Below are positions 1-11,052 of a stretch of DNA of 64,000 nucleotides, piece after piece. The stretch comes from Cenarchaeum sp. (lineage in GTDB: Archaea > Thermoproteota > Nitrososphaeria > Nitrososphaerales > Nitrosopumilaceae). A model generated the notes under the pieces. It ran no database searches. It was given only the letters and a program-made list of their open reading frames with translations, and was not told where the DNA came from. Each line of letters opens with the position of its first letter. Position 1 is the first letter of the stretch. Made by a program: the position numbers and the translations under genes. The stretch covers positions 1,152,001 through 1,216,000 of the forward strand of contig OZ242221.1 of the NCBI GenBank assembly GCA_965206845.1, given 5' to 3'.

Positions 1-2
1 CC

Positions 3-3000
3 GTGGCCTCCGCAGAGGTGACCGGCGACACGGCACTTGGCGGGGCGTGGTTCGTCAACTACGATACACATGTGGCCACGCTAGCGGTAACAGATACCAA
101 CACCACGGTTGCCATAACGCTGACAGAGGAGCAGCTGGAACGGCTCAAGGACAACGGCGCACAGAGCCACTATGTACACTACTCCAGCACCTTTGCTGCC
201 ACCACCGATGCCCAACTCGCAGGTTCTGACGGCACCATTGCCATAGCAAACGGCATAACGGCAATAGACGTGGCAGATGGCGCCGACGGCAGGTTCAACG
301 TGACGTTTACCGCACCCGAGTCGGTGTTTACCATGGACAATATGAATCGGAACGCGGATCTGCGGAGCGCCGTAGCGGATGCCGAGAGAGATATTGCCAT
401 AGACGGGGCCACCGCCGGTACCGTCAAGATGGCCGCAAGCGGACTGCGGCTTGATGACGCCGTCTCTGTCTCCATTAATGCCATCGACACTGACGTCTTT
501 GACACCCCCGAATCCGTCCTTGAGGAGATCAGGAGGATCATTGGCGACAACCTCGTTACCGCCGAGGCCACGATCGTGGCGGACATCTTCACCTTTGGGG
601 CAGACGCAAACCACGCAATCTACAGGGCGCTGCTGGAGGAGACCGGTCCCGGTTCCGCCGTGTTTGAGGGAACGATCGAGTACAAGATGCTCAACCAGAT
701 CAATGCAGATGACCCCGGGACGCACGCAGACATTGCGGCCGTGGGAGACGAGCTGGTCGTCATACTGGACGGGGACTATACCGGCACCGGCGCACCGACG
801 GTAGCATACGGCGGCGACCACGTGAGGGAGGACGCGCCGACGCACACAGGCGAGGTCAGCTTTGATGCCGGCGCCTACACGGTGGCAGACGAGGTGACCG
901 TGACCCTGGTGGATCCCGACCTGAACGTAGAGTCCGACGGGATCGACATATACAGGGTTGATGCCGCAAGCGAGGATGCCGCAGACACCCTGCTGCACAT
1001 TGAGATGGCCGACGGCTGCACGCCGGGCGACCTTGCGGCGTTCTCGCTGCGCGAGTCTGCCGACGGCAGCTTTGTGGGGACGTTTGACGTTCCAAGGGTG
1101 TGCGGCGGCGCTACGACGACAGGCAAGGGCCTCTCGGTCACCTACTATGACTTTAGGGACGGATACGGCGGAATGGCCGAATGGAGGGACTCGGTCACGG
1201 TGCGCGCAGATACCGGCTCTGTCAGCCTTGACAGGGCGGTCTATCCGGTGCCTGCCGGTGACTCTAGGGTTGTCGTGCATGTGTCGGTTCGAGACGCAGA
1301 TTTTGACGAGTCGTCCTCCAGCGTGGAGAGCATCAGGCTTGCCAGCGATGAGCCGCCGGTAATTGTGAGGATAGGGACGCAGACGGTCGCCGAGCTCGGC
1401 ACCGTGGACAACCCGCTCTCAGAGATCTCTGGCGACTCTGGCGTCTTTGAGGCCTCCGTGGAGATCGGGGGCGACGACGCCATAGGGCAGGGAAGCGTCA
1501 TTACGGTATCGTACACGGATCCGACGGGCGCCTCGGGCAGCGAGAACACGGTGACCGACTCTGCCGTGTTTGACCTGAGAAGCGCCACACTGCAATCAGA
1601 CAAGTCAAGCTACGTGATAGGCCAGGATGCGCTCCTGACGCTGATAGAGCCGGATCTCAACCTTGACTCTGCCGACCGGGAGTCCGTTCCCCTGGATCTA
1701 ATCGGCTGGGACTCTGAGGCGGGCAAGGCGGACCTTGGCGATGCGGCGTTTGGGGCGGTGCCGCAGGCGCTCAGGGAGACCGGCCCTGACACCGGGGTCT
1801 TCCAGGTCGTCATCACCACTCCAAAGGCGATCAACGGCAACGCCTTGGAGCGCGGCGAGCCAATCACACTCACATATGTGGACAAGGGGCCGTCGGGCGC
1901 CGATACCGTGGGCGACGGCGAGAGGGACATCAAGCTCTTCATTGCGACCTCGGATCTCGGCGCGGCCATAGAGCTTGACCGGGACGCCTACACGTGGACC
2001 GACAAGGTCTTCGTCACCATCGTGGCGCCGGACTACAACTTTGACTCTGATGTGATCGACGAGATCGGCGGCAAGGGCGACGGCGAGGTCACCGTCAGGA
2101 CAAGGGCCGCCAAGATCGACGGGTACCGGCTTGCCGAGACGGGCCCCGACACGGGCGTATTTGCCGGCGAGGTGACGCTCACCGGCTTCACATACGGCAA
2201 GATACACACCAGCATCGAGACCGGCGGCAGCGGGCCGACCGACGGCACCCTAAGAACGAACAACGAGGACGGGCTCAGTGTCTCATTCGAGTACTCCGAT
2301 TCAGAAGCCCCGCTTGTGGCCTCTGCTACCATCCGATGGAACGTCGGCGAGGTGCAGTGGCTTGAGGCAGATTATGCGGCGACCGGCTCCGGCGTGGTGA
2401 GGGTGACCGATCCCGACATGAACACCAATCCGGACGCGGTCGACGATATCGGTATCGTCGTCTACTCTGATACGTCCCTGGGGGGCGTCGATCTCACGGC
2501 GACTGAGACGCAGGAGTCGTCCGGCGTCTTTGAGGGGGTGGTGGAGTTTGACCCCCATGCCGCCTCGCAGGGGCACAGGCTTCAGGTTTCGGAGGGCGAC
2601 ATAGTCACCGCCGCGTACGACGATGAGACGCTTCCAAAGCCCGACGGCAGGGGCGACAGCCTCGCGGTTACGGCGACTGCACTGATCGGATCCGCCGTGC
2701 CACCGCTGGAGAGGGTGTCGGCCTCAAACCTGGCCATGGTGGATGCCTCGGGCAGCATGATGCCCTCGGTGTCGGCCGGCCAGCAGATCCAGATCACCGC
2801 CGACCTGACAAGCGGCCAGGACACAGACCAGTACACCACATACCTGGTTCTGGTGGAGGACGGGGACGGCGTACCGGTGCACATATCGTGGATCTCCGGC
2901 TCCCTTGGGGCGGGCAAGACGTTCAGCCCGTCGCAGTCATGGACGCCGGATGCGGCCGGCAGCTACGTGGTTACCGTATTCGTGTGGGAGTCAGTCACCA

Positions 3001-3050
3001 ACCCGACCGCACTGTCCCCACAACTCTCAATAACAATCGACGTAGCATAA
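3..3050 (+). CDS. S-layer-type large surface protein (5'-truncated by window edge)
   Basis: Acidic Ig-like repeats with recurring DPDLN / ETGPDTGVF motifs; C-terminal YVVTVFVWES...ALSP segment typical of thaumarchaeal S-layer proteins; frame open from the window start. Confidence 0.75.
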   Translation: MASAEVTGDTALGGAWFVNYDTHVATLAVTDTNTTVAITLTEEQLERLKDNGAQSHYVHYSSTFAATTDAQLAGSDGTIAIANGITAIDVADGADGRFNVTFTAPESVFTMDNMNRNADLRSAVADAERDIAIDGATAGTVKMAASGLRLDDAVSVSINAIDTDVFDTPESVLEEIRRIIGDNLVTAEATIVADIFTFGADANHAIYRALLEETGPGSAVFEGTIEYKMLNQINADDPGTHADIAAVGDELVVILDGDYTGTGAPTVAYGGDHVREDAPTHTGEVSFDAGAYTVADEVTVTLVDPDLNVESDGIDIYRVDAASEDAADTLLHIEMADGCTPGDLAAFSLRESADGSFVGTFDVPRVCGGATTTGKGLSVTYYDFRDGYGGMAEWRDSVTVRADTGSVSLDRAVYPVPAGDSRVVVHVSVRDADFDESSSSVESIRLASDEPPVIVRIGTQTVAELGTVDNPLSEISGDSGVFEASVEIGGDDAIGQGSVITVSYTDPTGASGSENTVTDSAVFDLRSATLQSDKSSYVIGQDALLTLIEPDLNLDSADRESVPLDLIGWDSEAGKADLGDAAFGAVPQALRETGPDTGVFQVVITTPKAINGNALERGEPITLTYVDKGPSGADTVGDGERDIKLFIATSDLGAAIELDRDAYTWTDKVFVTIVAPDYNFDSDVIDEIGGKGDGEVTVRTRAAKIDGYRLAETGPDTGVFAGEVTLTGFTYGKIHTSIETGGSGPTDGTLRTNNEDGLSVSFEYSDSEAPLVASATIRWNVGEVQWLEADYAATGSGVVRVTDPDMNTNPDAVDDIGIVVYSDTSLGGVDLTATETQESSGVFEGVVEFDPHAASQGHRLQVSEGDIVTAAYDDETLPKPDGRGDSLAVTATALIGSAVPPLERVSASNLAMVDASGSMMPSVSAGQQIQITADLTSGQDTDQYTTYLVLVEDGDGVPVHISWISGSLGAGKTFSPSQSWTPDAAGSYVVTVFVWESVTNPTALSPQLSITIDVA

Positions 3051-3060
3051 TGCTAGAAAA

Positions 3061-3084
3061 ATTTCTTTTTTCTTTTTTTATTTT
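3061..3084 (+). terminator. Oligo-T archaeal terminator
   Basis: atttctttttttctttttttatttt immediately after the stop codon. Confidence 0.6.
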
Positions 3085-3220
3085 GGGCAACTAGGCTAAC
3101 CTGCGCACGGCTTTAGTGTCCGGCGTGCCGTATATCCTCGGATCCAAACCCGTGACTCCTAGATATCTAGATCAAGCCAGCCAAACCACACATATATCTC
3201 CCGGCAGCCACAAGCAACCG

Positions 3221-4033
3221 ATGCAAAGCGACAGTGCCCGGAGCAAAAAACTCGTCATAGCCGCATGGAAGACCTACCTGACCCTGACAGAGTCAAAAAA
3301 CCTTGCAAGGGAGATCAGGGACTGGGTCGCAAAGAACCCCACAAGCTGCGAGATCGTGTTGGCCCCCTCGTTCCCGCACATAGTCCCGGTAAGGCACACC
3401 ATTGGCACCGCCGTAGGCATAAGCGCGCAGAACGTGGATCTGGCAGGCCGCGGGGCCTATACGGGGCACACCCCACCGCAGATGCTCTCTGATGCCGGGT
3501 GCAACTATGTGCTTCTCGGGCACTCTGAGCTGAGAAAGTACAAAAAAGAGACGGACCTGCTCCTAAAAAAGAAGGCAGAGGTGGTGCTGGCAGAGTCAGA
3601 CATGGGTGTGGTGCTCTGCATAGGCGAGAGCTACAGGCAGAAGACCGGAGGCAGGACGCTGGACACGCTGGAGTCACAGCTGAGAACAGGTCTGGGAGGC
3701 ATTCCCGGAGTCGATGTGGATGGCAGACTGGATATTGCCTACGAGCCGGTGTGGGCCATAAGCTCCGAGAATCCGCAAAGCCCGCCGGAGCCACAGGATG
3801 TCGATGCGATCCACGGGAGGATCAAAAGCGTCCTAGTGCAGCTCTTCGGTGAGCAGATCGCCAAAAAAATCAGAGTCCTCTACGGGGGCAGCGTAAGTCC
3901 CTCCAACGTGGGCAGCTATGTCAGGCAGCCCAACATCGACGGCGTCCTAGTGGGCAGCGCCAGCACAAAGTTTCCGGGAGTCATAGACCTGCTAAAGGCG
4001 GTAGAAGACTCGATCAGATCAGAATCCCCATAA
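3221..4033 (+). CDS. tpiA: Triosephosphate isomerase family protein, bacterial-type length
   Basis: Motifs AWK, AQNV, GAYTG, LGHSE, AYEPVWAI, YGGSV; TATA-like catatat at ~3191 supports ATG 3221. Confidence 0.85.
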   Translation: MQSDSARSKKLVIAAWKTYLTLTESKNLAREIRDWVAKNPTSCEIVLAPSFPHIVPVRHTIGTAVGISAQNVDLAGRGAYTGHTPPQMLSDAGCNYVLLGHSELRKYKKETDLLLKKKAEVVLAESDMGVVLCIGESYRQKTGGRTLDTLESQLRTGLGGIPGVDVDGRLDIAYEPVWAISSENPQSPPEPQDVDAIHGRIKSVLVQLFGEQIAKKIRVLYGGSVSPSNVGSYVRQPNIDGVLVGSASTKFPGVIDLLKAVEDSIRSESP

Positions 4034-4304
4034 GTCCGCAACGGCAGATGTCCTACATGCTACAGCCGCCGGTATGGCGGCGGCACCTTGAACGCAATAC
4101 TAGGCAGTCAGGTCAGAGCCCAAACCAAAACATAGCGCAAAAAGAAGCGGCACCCCGTCCCGCATCCTCCTGATGCGCCGGGCCCCCACATGCACCATCC
4201 CCGCATACGGGGCCGCAAGACGCGAATTGGCTGTTCCGTGCGGCCCCCAGCGAAGCCCATTCCACAGGCAACCCTAAATTATGCCATGTGTGGTATACCT
4301 CCCA

Positions 4305-4925
4305 GTGAGGCTGCTCAAGCGGGGTGCCGAGGGGGATCTCTTTGAATCCACATGGAACCAAAAGAGATGCGTCATCAAGGAGCGCAGGCCAAAGGCCTAC
4401 AGGAATCCCCAGCTCGACTACAGGATACGGAGGGGCAGGACGATCCGCGAGTCTGCGATCATACGCCAGGTCAAGGAGCTGGGCATCCGGGCGCCCTTGG
4501 TCTACTTTGCGGATGCCGCCAGATGCCGGCTATACCTGCAGTATATGGACGGCCCTACCGTGCAGAGCCTGCCGGCGCGGCAGCTGGCAGCCGCCTGCAG
4601 GGGCATAGGGAACATCACTGCCACGATGCACTGCAACTCGATAATGCACGGTGACCTGACCACGTCCAACTTTATCCTGCAGCACGACAGGATATGCGCC
4701 ATAGACTTTGGGCTGTCGCAGCGGACAGCCAAGCCGGAGGATCACGCAATCGATCTCCGCCTCTTCAAGGAGATACTGGGAAGCGCCCACACGGAGTCGA
4801 TGGAACATGCATGGGGCAGCTTCCTGGAGGGGTACGGGGGCGCAGTGGGGCAGGCCAGGTTCGAGAGAATCACAAGGCTCGTCTCGGTGATCGAGTCAAG
4901 GGGGAGGTATGCCAGCGTCGTCTAG
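4305..4925 (+). CDS. bud32: KEOPS kinase Bud32
   Basis: GAEG, KER..KAYR, HGDLTTSN, IDFGL; start GTG 4305 (or ATG 4281). Confidence 0.9.
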   Translation: MRLLKRGAEGDLFESTWNQKRCVIKERRPKAYRNPQLDYRIRRGRTIRESAIIRQVKELGIRAPLVYFADAARCRLYLQYMDGPTVQSLPARQLAAACRGIGNITATMHCNSIMHGDLTTSNFILQHDRICAIDFGLSQRTAKPEDHAIDLRLFKEILGSAHTESMEHAWGSFLEGYGGAVGQARFERITRLVSVIESRGRYASVV

Positions 4926-5475
4926 CGTGCTCTTTGCATCCTCCAACGGGCACAAGTTCGCCGAGGCAAGGGAGATACTGGCGGGGTTTGGGATAGACGC
5001 AGTCCACTTTCCATGCGACATAGATGAGGTGCAGTCAGATGACATCGAGACGATCGCGGGAAAAAAATCCGTTGCCGCCTTTGGGATGTGCCAGAGGCCC
5101 GTCATCGTAGAGGACGCGGCGCTGCACGTAGAGGCGCTGGGCGGGTTTCCGGGACCCTACTCGTCATATATCTTTGGCACCCTGGGAAACGGCGGCATAC
5201 TAAAGCTGGTGGGCCAGAACCGGAAGGCCACATTCACCTCGGTCGTATCATACTGCGACCGCACGCTAAAGCCCAGGAAGTTTCGCGCACAGGTGCCAGG
5301 GACCATATCCCGAGAGATACGCGGCCAGGGCTGGGGATACGATCCCATCTTCATTCCAGACGGGAGGACAGAGACGTACGCCCAGATCCCGGACAAGAAC
5401 CAAGTCTCCCACAGGTATGCGGCGCTGCAAAGCTTCGCTACGTGGTCAGGTACGCGGGAATCCAGCGATCGGTGA
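4909..5475 (+). CDS. rdgB: Non-canonical purine NTP pyrophosphatase (RdgB/HAM1)
   Basis: FASSN.HK, VED..L, GFPGPYS, GWGYDPIF, SHR. Confidence 0.92.
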   Translation: MPASSSVLFASSNGHKFAEAREILAGFGIDAVHFPCDIDEVQSDDIETIAGKKSVAAFGMCQRPVIVEDAALHVEALGGFPGPYSSYIFGTLGNGGILKLVGQNRKATFTSVVSYCDRTLKPRKFRAQVPGTISREIRGQGWGYDPIFIPDGRTETYAQIPDKNQVSHRYAALQSFATWSGTRESSDR

Positions 5476-6456
5476 ACCTGCGCCGGTTCTGCAGCACGAC
5501 AATCCTGGAGATGTAGCTCTCATCCATCACCGAGAACTCGCCGCGTGCGGATACCGTATCCGCAAAGGCGCGGACCTCCTCCATCTCCAGCATGCTCTCC
5601 CTCTCCAGCCTGTTGGTGGACCTGCCTATGTGCATGTATGACTTGATCTCGACAAAGTGGGGGGATGCGGAGTCAAACATGGCCGCAAAGGCGCGCGCGA
5701 GCCGCCGCCCGTGTTGTACCCGCGAATCAGGGTGACCCGCATGACCGTCCTGGTCTCCAGCCTCCCCAGCATCTTCAGGGTCCTGCTCCACCTATTCCAG
5801 GCGTCGTCGTACCGGGGCTGGTTTATCCTCATGAATGAGTCATAGTCTGCCGCATTGGCCGACAGGTACAGCTGCGTGGGCAGCGCGTCCTCGTCTGCCA
5901 GTCTCTGGATCATCTCCGGCTCCTGGCCGTTGGTTACCAGGAATACGGACTTTGTGGACTCCAGCGACTTGAGGTATCTGATGAGCTGCGGCAGCTTTGG
6001 GTACATCGTGGGCTCGCCGGAGAGCGATATCGCGTAGTGGCTTGGAAGCTGCGACTCGTCCAGCTTCTGCCGGTCGCACCTCTCGTCGCCGTAGTGGCCC
6101 ATTATCAGCCTTCTCCGCTCCTCCATTAGCGATGCGAGGATCTCCTGCGGCTCGGCCACCCGCTGCGGTTCCATCTTCATGGACTCGTAGAACTCCATGG
6201 GCCGCCAGCAGTACACGCAGCGGTTCTGGCAGTGCATTCCCGCAGGGGAGAACTCCATGCACCGGTGGGTCGAGATCCCGTAGAACCGGTTCTTGTAGCA
6301 GCTGCCCTCCCCCCGGAAGGACTTTTTTGTCCAGTGGCACAGCTCGACTGTGGAGTGATCCGAGACCCCGTACTTTGCCTTCTTCAGCTGCATCATGACA
6401 CCCGGCTTGATCCGGATCAGCCCGTCCTCGTCCACGGTCTCGCCGGAGCAGCTCAT
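5438..6456 (-). CDS. taw1: 4-demethylwyosine synthase Taw1/TYW1 (radical SAM), split by a 1-nt frameshift near 5700
   Basis: CQNRCVYC, SLSGEPT, VTNG in ORF 5626-6456; conserved C-terminus (FVEIKSYMHIGRS..RL, SRIVVL) continues in ORF 5438-5791. Confidence 0.85.
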
Positions 6457-6631
6457 ACCAGCAAGCCGCGAAATTTGTTTAAAAACCGTTCGCAGCCTCC
6501 CCGGCGCAAGATCCCCACACTCCCCACCCGGCCTGCCGCGCAGGGCCCGGCCACTTCGGATCTACCCTGATTGGCACCAGACAAACCACCAGTAACAGGC
6601 CTGATCGGGTGCCTGTAGCTCGGCGGTGTAA

Positions 6632-6649
6632 TTACAGTGGGGTTTAATA
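6632..6649 (+). promoter_or_regulatory. Promoter motif (TTACAGTGGGG + TTTAATA box) shared with the second TSP3 gene
   Basis: 16/18 match to 11601-11618; both lie about 25-30 nt upstream of the start. Confidence 0.6.
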
Positions 6650-6672
6650 ACAGGATCCATAACGTATGACTG

Positions 6673-9600
6673 GTGCTAAAAAAATCCAGACTTGCTGTAG
6701 CGTTTTTACTGGTGGCTATTATGACGAGCCTTCCCGTATACCCTGCGCACTCACAGGTGGATCTTGACGGGGACGGCTATGCGGGCGACGCGGATCTGTG
6801 CCCCCACCTTCCCGAGGACAACGCAGGCAAGCTGGACGGATGCCCGTCTGACTTTGTGCCCTGGTACGACCAAGATCGTGACGGGATACGCGATCGCCTA
6901 GATGACTGCCCAGCCCTGCCAGAGGCATACAACAACTTTCTGGACTCTGACGGCTGTCCCGATGTAGTAGCGGGAGGCACGGGTGCAGGGGCGCCAGACT
7001 CGGACTCTGACGGCATACCCGACGTGATAGACAGGTGCCCCAACGAGCCTGAGACGTTCAACGGCGTGCTTGACTACGACGGCTGCCCCGACGAATCCAG
7101 ATACGGCCCCGACTTTGACTCGGACGGCATTCCCGACGCAGACGACCAGTGCGTCTCGGAGGGCGAGGTGTTCAACAACTTTGAGGACACCGACGGTTGC
7201 CCCGATGACATAACCGAGTTCCGGCCCAACGACGTGGACTCGGACGGCATTCCCAATGATTCTGATTTCTGCATTACGGCGCCCGAGACGCACAACGGGT
7301 ACCTTGACGAGGACGGCTGCCCGGACTCTCTGGGAGACAGCATATTCTTTGACTCTGACGGCGACGGCATAGATGACCGCTATGACTCCTGCCCGGAGCA
7401 GCCCGAGACCTTTAACAATTTTGCAGACTATGACGGCTGCCCGGACGTCCTGTCCACATCTGACCGTCCCCTTGATACCGACGGCGACCTGATACCGGAC
7501 ACCGAGGACGAGTGCCCGCTGGAGCTTGAGCGATACAACAAGTTTGAGGATGACGACGGCTGCCCGGACATGCCGCCACACCAGCCCGACGGTGATCCGG
7601 ACATGGACGGGCTTTTCACCTCCGTGGACGCATGCCCCCTGGTAGCGGAGACGTTTAACAATCACCAGGATGACGACGGCTGCCCGGACTATCTCGGCAC
7701 GGAGAGGGAGATCCCAGACTCTGACGGCGACGGGTTCCCCGACTTTGCGGACTCGTGTCCCAGCGAGCCTGAGACGTTCAACGGCATACTGGACACTGAC
7801 GGCTGCCCAGACCGGGAGATCACCCGGGACAGCGACCGCGACGGGATAGCCGACGGTTTTGACGCGTGCCCCAGGAGTCCCGAGACCTACAACAGGTTCC
7901 AGGATCTGGACGGCTGCCCTGACAGCATACTAGACACCAACCTTGCCGACGAGGACGATGACGGCATACCAAACTCCTTTGACCAGTGCGTGCTGAACCC
8001 CGAGACATACAACGCGTATAGGGATCTTGACGGCTGTCCCGATCACCTGCCCACTACAGATGCCGACCGCGACGGCGTAGCCGACGGGGTCGACCTGTGC
8101 CCAGACGAGCCCGAGACCCGCAACGGCTACAACGATCACGACGGGTGCCCAGACGCCCCGGTCAGTGTGGATATGCTCCGCGTGTACTTTACAGAGCCGC
8201 CCATACTGGACAGCGACCGGGACGGAATCATAGACTCGCAGGACACATGCCCGCTGATATCTGAGACATTCAACAGGTTCCTAGACGAGGACGGCTGCCC
8301 CGACTCTGTCGGCCAGTTCAGGGAGATTCCGGACTCTGACTCGGACGGCTTCCCCGACTATGCCGACTCGTGCCCCAGCGAGCCTGAGACGTTCAACGGC
8401 GTGCTTGACTACGACGGCTGCCCCGACTTGGACACCTTTAATGACTCTGACACGGACGGAATATCCAACGAGTTTGACTCGTGTCCGGAGGATGCAGAGA
8501 CGTACAACTTATTTGAGGATACCGACGGATGCCCAGACGAGCCGCCGGGTGCAGCACCGGCGGACCACGACGGTGACGGCATAGCCGACATGCGCGACCG
8601 GTGCCCGACGGTACCCGAGACGTCCAACGGGTACCTTGACGAGGACGGATGTCCTGACTCACTGCCGGCAACCGACACGGACGGGGACTTTGTGCCGGAT
8701 CACCTGGATCTGTGCAGCGACGAACCGGAGAACTGGAACAACTATCTGGATTATGACGGGTGCCCAGACGACCCCACAGGCAACGACGCGGACTTTGACG
8801 GGATACCCAATGCAGACGACCAGTGCCCGCAGGAGCGCGAGAGGCACAACGGCTACGAGGACGAGGACGGGTGCCCAGATATCCCGCCGTACCTGATAGT
8901 CGTGGACTCTGACTATGACGGCATCATGGATCCGGATGACGCGTGCCCGTCGGTACCTGAGGTCTTCAACAACTTCCAGGACGAGGACGGCTGCCCCGAC
9001 TCTGTGGAGCAGGGTACGAGCATTCCCGACTCTGACGGCGACGGGTTCATAGACTCTGCTGACCTGTGCCCCAACCAGCCCGAGACATTCAACAACATAC
9101 TTGACCTGGACGGGTGCCCCGACGATGTAGTGGGGCTTGCGGATACTGACAGTGACGGATACCCAGACGGCGCGGACTCGTGCCCGGAGATGGCCGAGAA
9201 CTTTAACGGGTTCCAGGACTCCGACGGGTGCCCTGATGTAATCGAGGTGCCCGTGTTCAACGATGCCGACGGCGACGGGGTGGAGAACAGCTCTGACGCG
9301 TGTCCCTTTGAGGCGGAGGTCGTAAACGGCCTGCAGGACGACGACGGATGCCCCGACGAGCTGGTGCTGGGGCCCGACTCTGACGGCGACGGCGTACCCG
9401 ACTACAGGGACTGGTGCCCCGACCACCTGGAGGTCATAAACCGCTATCTTGACACCGACGGATGCCCAGACGTAATCCCGACGCCGTCACACAGGACCGA
9501 CAGCGACGGCGATGCCATATATGACGATGTGGACATGTGCCCCGACGAGCCTGAGACATGGAACAAGTACAGCGACTCTGACGGGTGCCCAGACATCTTC

Positions 9601-9726
9601 CCCGGACTGTCCAGGTACTCAAATGACATGGACCTTGACAACGTGCTAAACAGCGTGGATGCGTGCCCTGCAGACCCAGAGGACTATGACGGCGACCGCG
9701 ACACCGACGGCTGTCCGGATCCATAG
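6673..9726 (+). CDS. Secreted thrombospondin type-3 (Ca-binding) repeat protein, ~25 repeats
   Basis: Signal peptide, then repeats of DxDxDG(I/V)PD..D.CP..PE..N...D.DGCPD. Confidence 0.9.
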   Translation: MLKKSRLAVAFLLVAIMTSLPVYPAHSQVDLDGDGYAGDADLCPHLPEDNAGKLDGCPSDFVPWYDQDRDGIRDRLDDCPALPEAYNNFLDSDGCPDVVAGGTGAGAPDSDSDGIPDVIDRCPNEPETFNGVLDYDGCPDESRYGPDFDSDGIPDADDQCVSEGEVFNNFEDTDGCPDDITEFRPNDVDSDGIPNDSDFCITAPETHNGYLDEDGCPDSLGDSIFFDSDGDGIDDRYDSCPEQPETFNNFADYDGCPDVLSTSDRPLDTDGDLIPDTEDECPLELERYNKFEDDDGCPDMPPHQPDGDPDMDGLFTSVDACPLVAETFNNHQDDDGCPDYLGTEREIPDSDGDGFPDFADSCPSEPETFNGILDTDGCPDREITRDSDRDGIADGFDACPRSPETYNRFQDLDGCPDSILDTNLADEDDDGIPNSFDQCVLNPETYNAYRDLDGCPDHLPTTDADRDGVADGVDLCPDEPETRNGYNDHDGCPDAPVSVDMLRVYFTEPPILDSDRDGIIDSQDTCPLISETFNRFLDEDGCPDSVGQFREIPDSDSDGFPDYADSCPSEPETFNGVLDYDGCPDLDTFNDSDTDGISNEFDSCPEDAETYNLFEDTDGCPDEPPGAAPADHDGDGIADMRDRCPTVPETSNGYLDEDGCPDSLPATDTDGDFVPDHLDLCSDEPENWNNYLDYDGCPDDPTGNDADFDGIPNADDQCPQERERHNGYEDEDGCPDIPPYLIVVDSDYDGIMDPDDACPSVPEVFNNFQDEDGCPDSVEQGTSIPDSDGDGFIDSADLCPNQPETFNNILDLDGCPDDVVGLADTDSDGYPDGADSCPEMAENFNGFQDSDGCPDVIEVPVFNDADGDGVENSSDACPFEAEVVNGLQDDDGCPDELVLGPDSDGDGVPDYRDWCPDHLEVINRYLDTDGCPDVIPTPSHRTDSDGDAIYDDVDMCPDEPETWNKYSDSDGCPDIFPGLSRYSNDMDLDNVLNSVDACPADPEDYDGDRDTDGCPDP

Positions 9727-10062
9727 TCCCAGATCTTTAATCCCGTATTGTATACCATGACCGGGCTGCTGCACGAAGTGACAATCTTCCCGATGGGCGG
9801 GATCTGCACCACGTGCAGGTCGATAAAAGGATCGGAGCTGTCCGGAGCCGCCGCGCAGATACATATCTGACCTACATCCCATGGTAGCCATGGCAAAAGA
9901 CGGCGGCGCGGCGCGGATTTACGGCTCGGGAGGATTACCTGCCGTTCCTGCAGGGGTTCCTGGAGCCGGAAGGTGCATAGAGCGCATAGGCGCCGGCACC
10001 CCACAGGGGTGCACCGACATCGCAGGCCGCCGCGTGGGGGGCGCGCAGGCCAGGCTGCCGAC

Positions 10063-11052
10063 ATGAAGGCCATACTTTTGACACTTGCAGTCGTCCTTTG
10101 TGCGGGCTTTGGCTACGCGTACTCGTCTGGCGAGCCGATACCTGCGTGGATCAAGCAGGTGGCCGGATTCTGGGCAGAGGACAAGATAACAGATTCGGAG
10201 TTTGTCGCGGCGCTGGAGTTTCTGATAAGGCAGGGCGCCATTCAGGTCGATGACTCTGAAAGAGTGTTTGAGCTAAAGGAGAAGAACCGGGTGCTGCGCG
10301 AGAGGATAGCGCTGCTCGAATCAGGTGGCACACACCCCGGAGAGGCATCCGGGAGCACTGCGATCTTTGCGCGCGGCGTCCTGCTCGCAATCGACGAACT
10401 GCCGGACATCCAGAACGCGACAATTCCCGCAAACGCCATCAAAAGGGCGACAGCCACATGGGAGCAAGTCAACCCCCGCATGAGCATCAAGGATGTGAAC
10501 ACGGTCCGGATCCTGTGGTCTGTCGGCATCCCGACCGAGCATGTGGGTCTCGCGTTATGCACGGCCTCCGGCACCTGCGTACTCGAAATCTGGCTGGGCG
10601 GCTATGACTGCAACGGAGACTTTGTGCAGTACGACGAGGATTCTGTAACCAACACAATCATGCACGAGATCGGGCACACTATGGGACTCAACCACACAAG
10701 TGATGAGCAGCACCTCATGTACGGCACGGATTATGTGCAGGATGATTTTGACACGCTTGGGTACGTCATTCCAGACCGGCTTGATGGCTGGTTTGTCGGG
10801 CAGGAGGAGATCGTCAGCACGCTGGACGGGCTGGACGTCCAGATCGGTACCCTGAAGTCCGAATGGGGCGAGCTCAATGTAGAATACGAACCGTACGTGA
10901 ACAAGAGCCAGCCCCTTGTATCTAGGGAATACACGAGGGCAATGGAGCTGTACGACCGGCTGAACCAAATTGCCGACGAGCTGGATCTCCTAATCGTACG
11001 CTACAACGAACTATTTGACCTGTACGGCTGCTATCCAAATCCGGGCGCCTAG
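10063..11052 (+). CDS. Secreted matrixin-like zinc metalloprotease with thaumarchaeal IPxWIK domain
   Basis: Signal peptide; IPAWIKQVAGFWAED.I.DSEFV; HEIGHTMGLNH and Met-turn HLMY. Confidence 0.8.
   Translation: MKAILLTLAVVLCAGFGYAYSSGEPIPAWIKQVAGFWAEDKITDSEFVAALEFLIRQGAIQVDDSERVFELKEKNRVLRERIALLESGGTHPGEASGSTAIFARGVLLAIDELPDIQNATIPANAIKRATATWEQVNPRMSIKDVNTVRILWSVGIPTEHVGLALCTASGTCVLEIWLGGYDCNGDFVQYDEDSVTNTIMHEIGHTMGLNHTSDEQHLMYGTDYVQDDFDTLGYVIPDRLDGWFVGQEEIVSTLDGLDVQIGTLKSEWGELNVEYEPYVNKSQPLVSREYTRAMELYDRLNQIADELDLLIVRYNELFDLYGCYPNPGA

Noticed and set aside
3089-3099. ACTAGGCTAA, matching half of the MntR-like box
   Set aside because: Only a half-site, lying after a terminator and far from the next TATA box; likely chance.
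5438-6456. Programmed frameshifting in taw1 or the polyprenyl synthase
   Set aside because: No slippery heptamer or stimulatory structure is evident; a sequencing indel is the simpler explanation.
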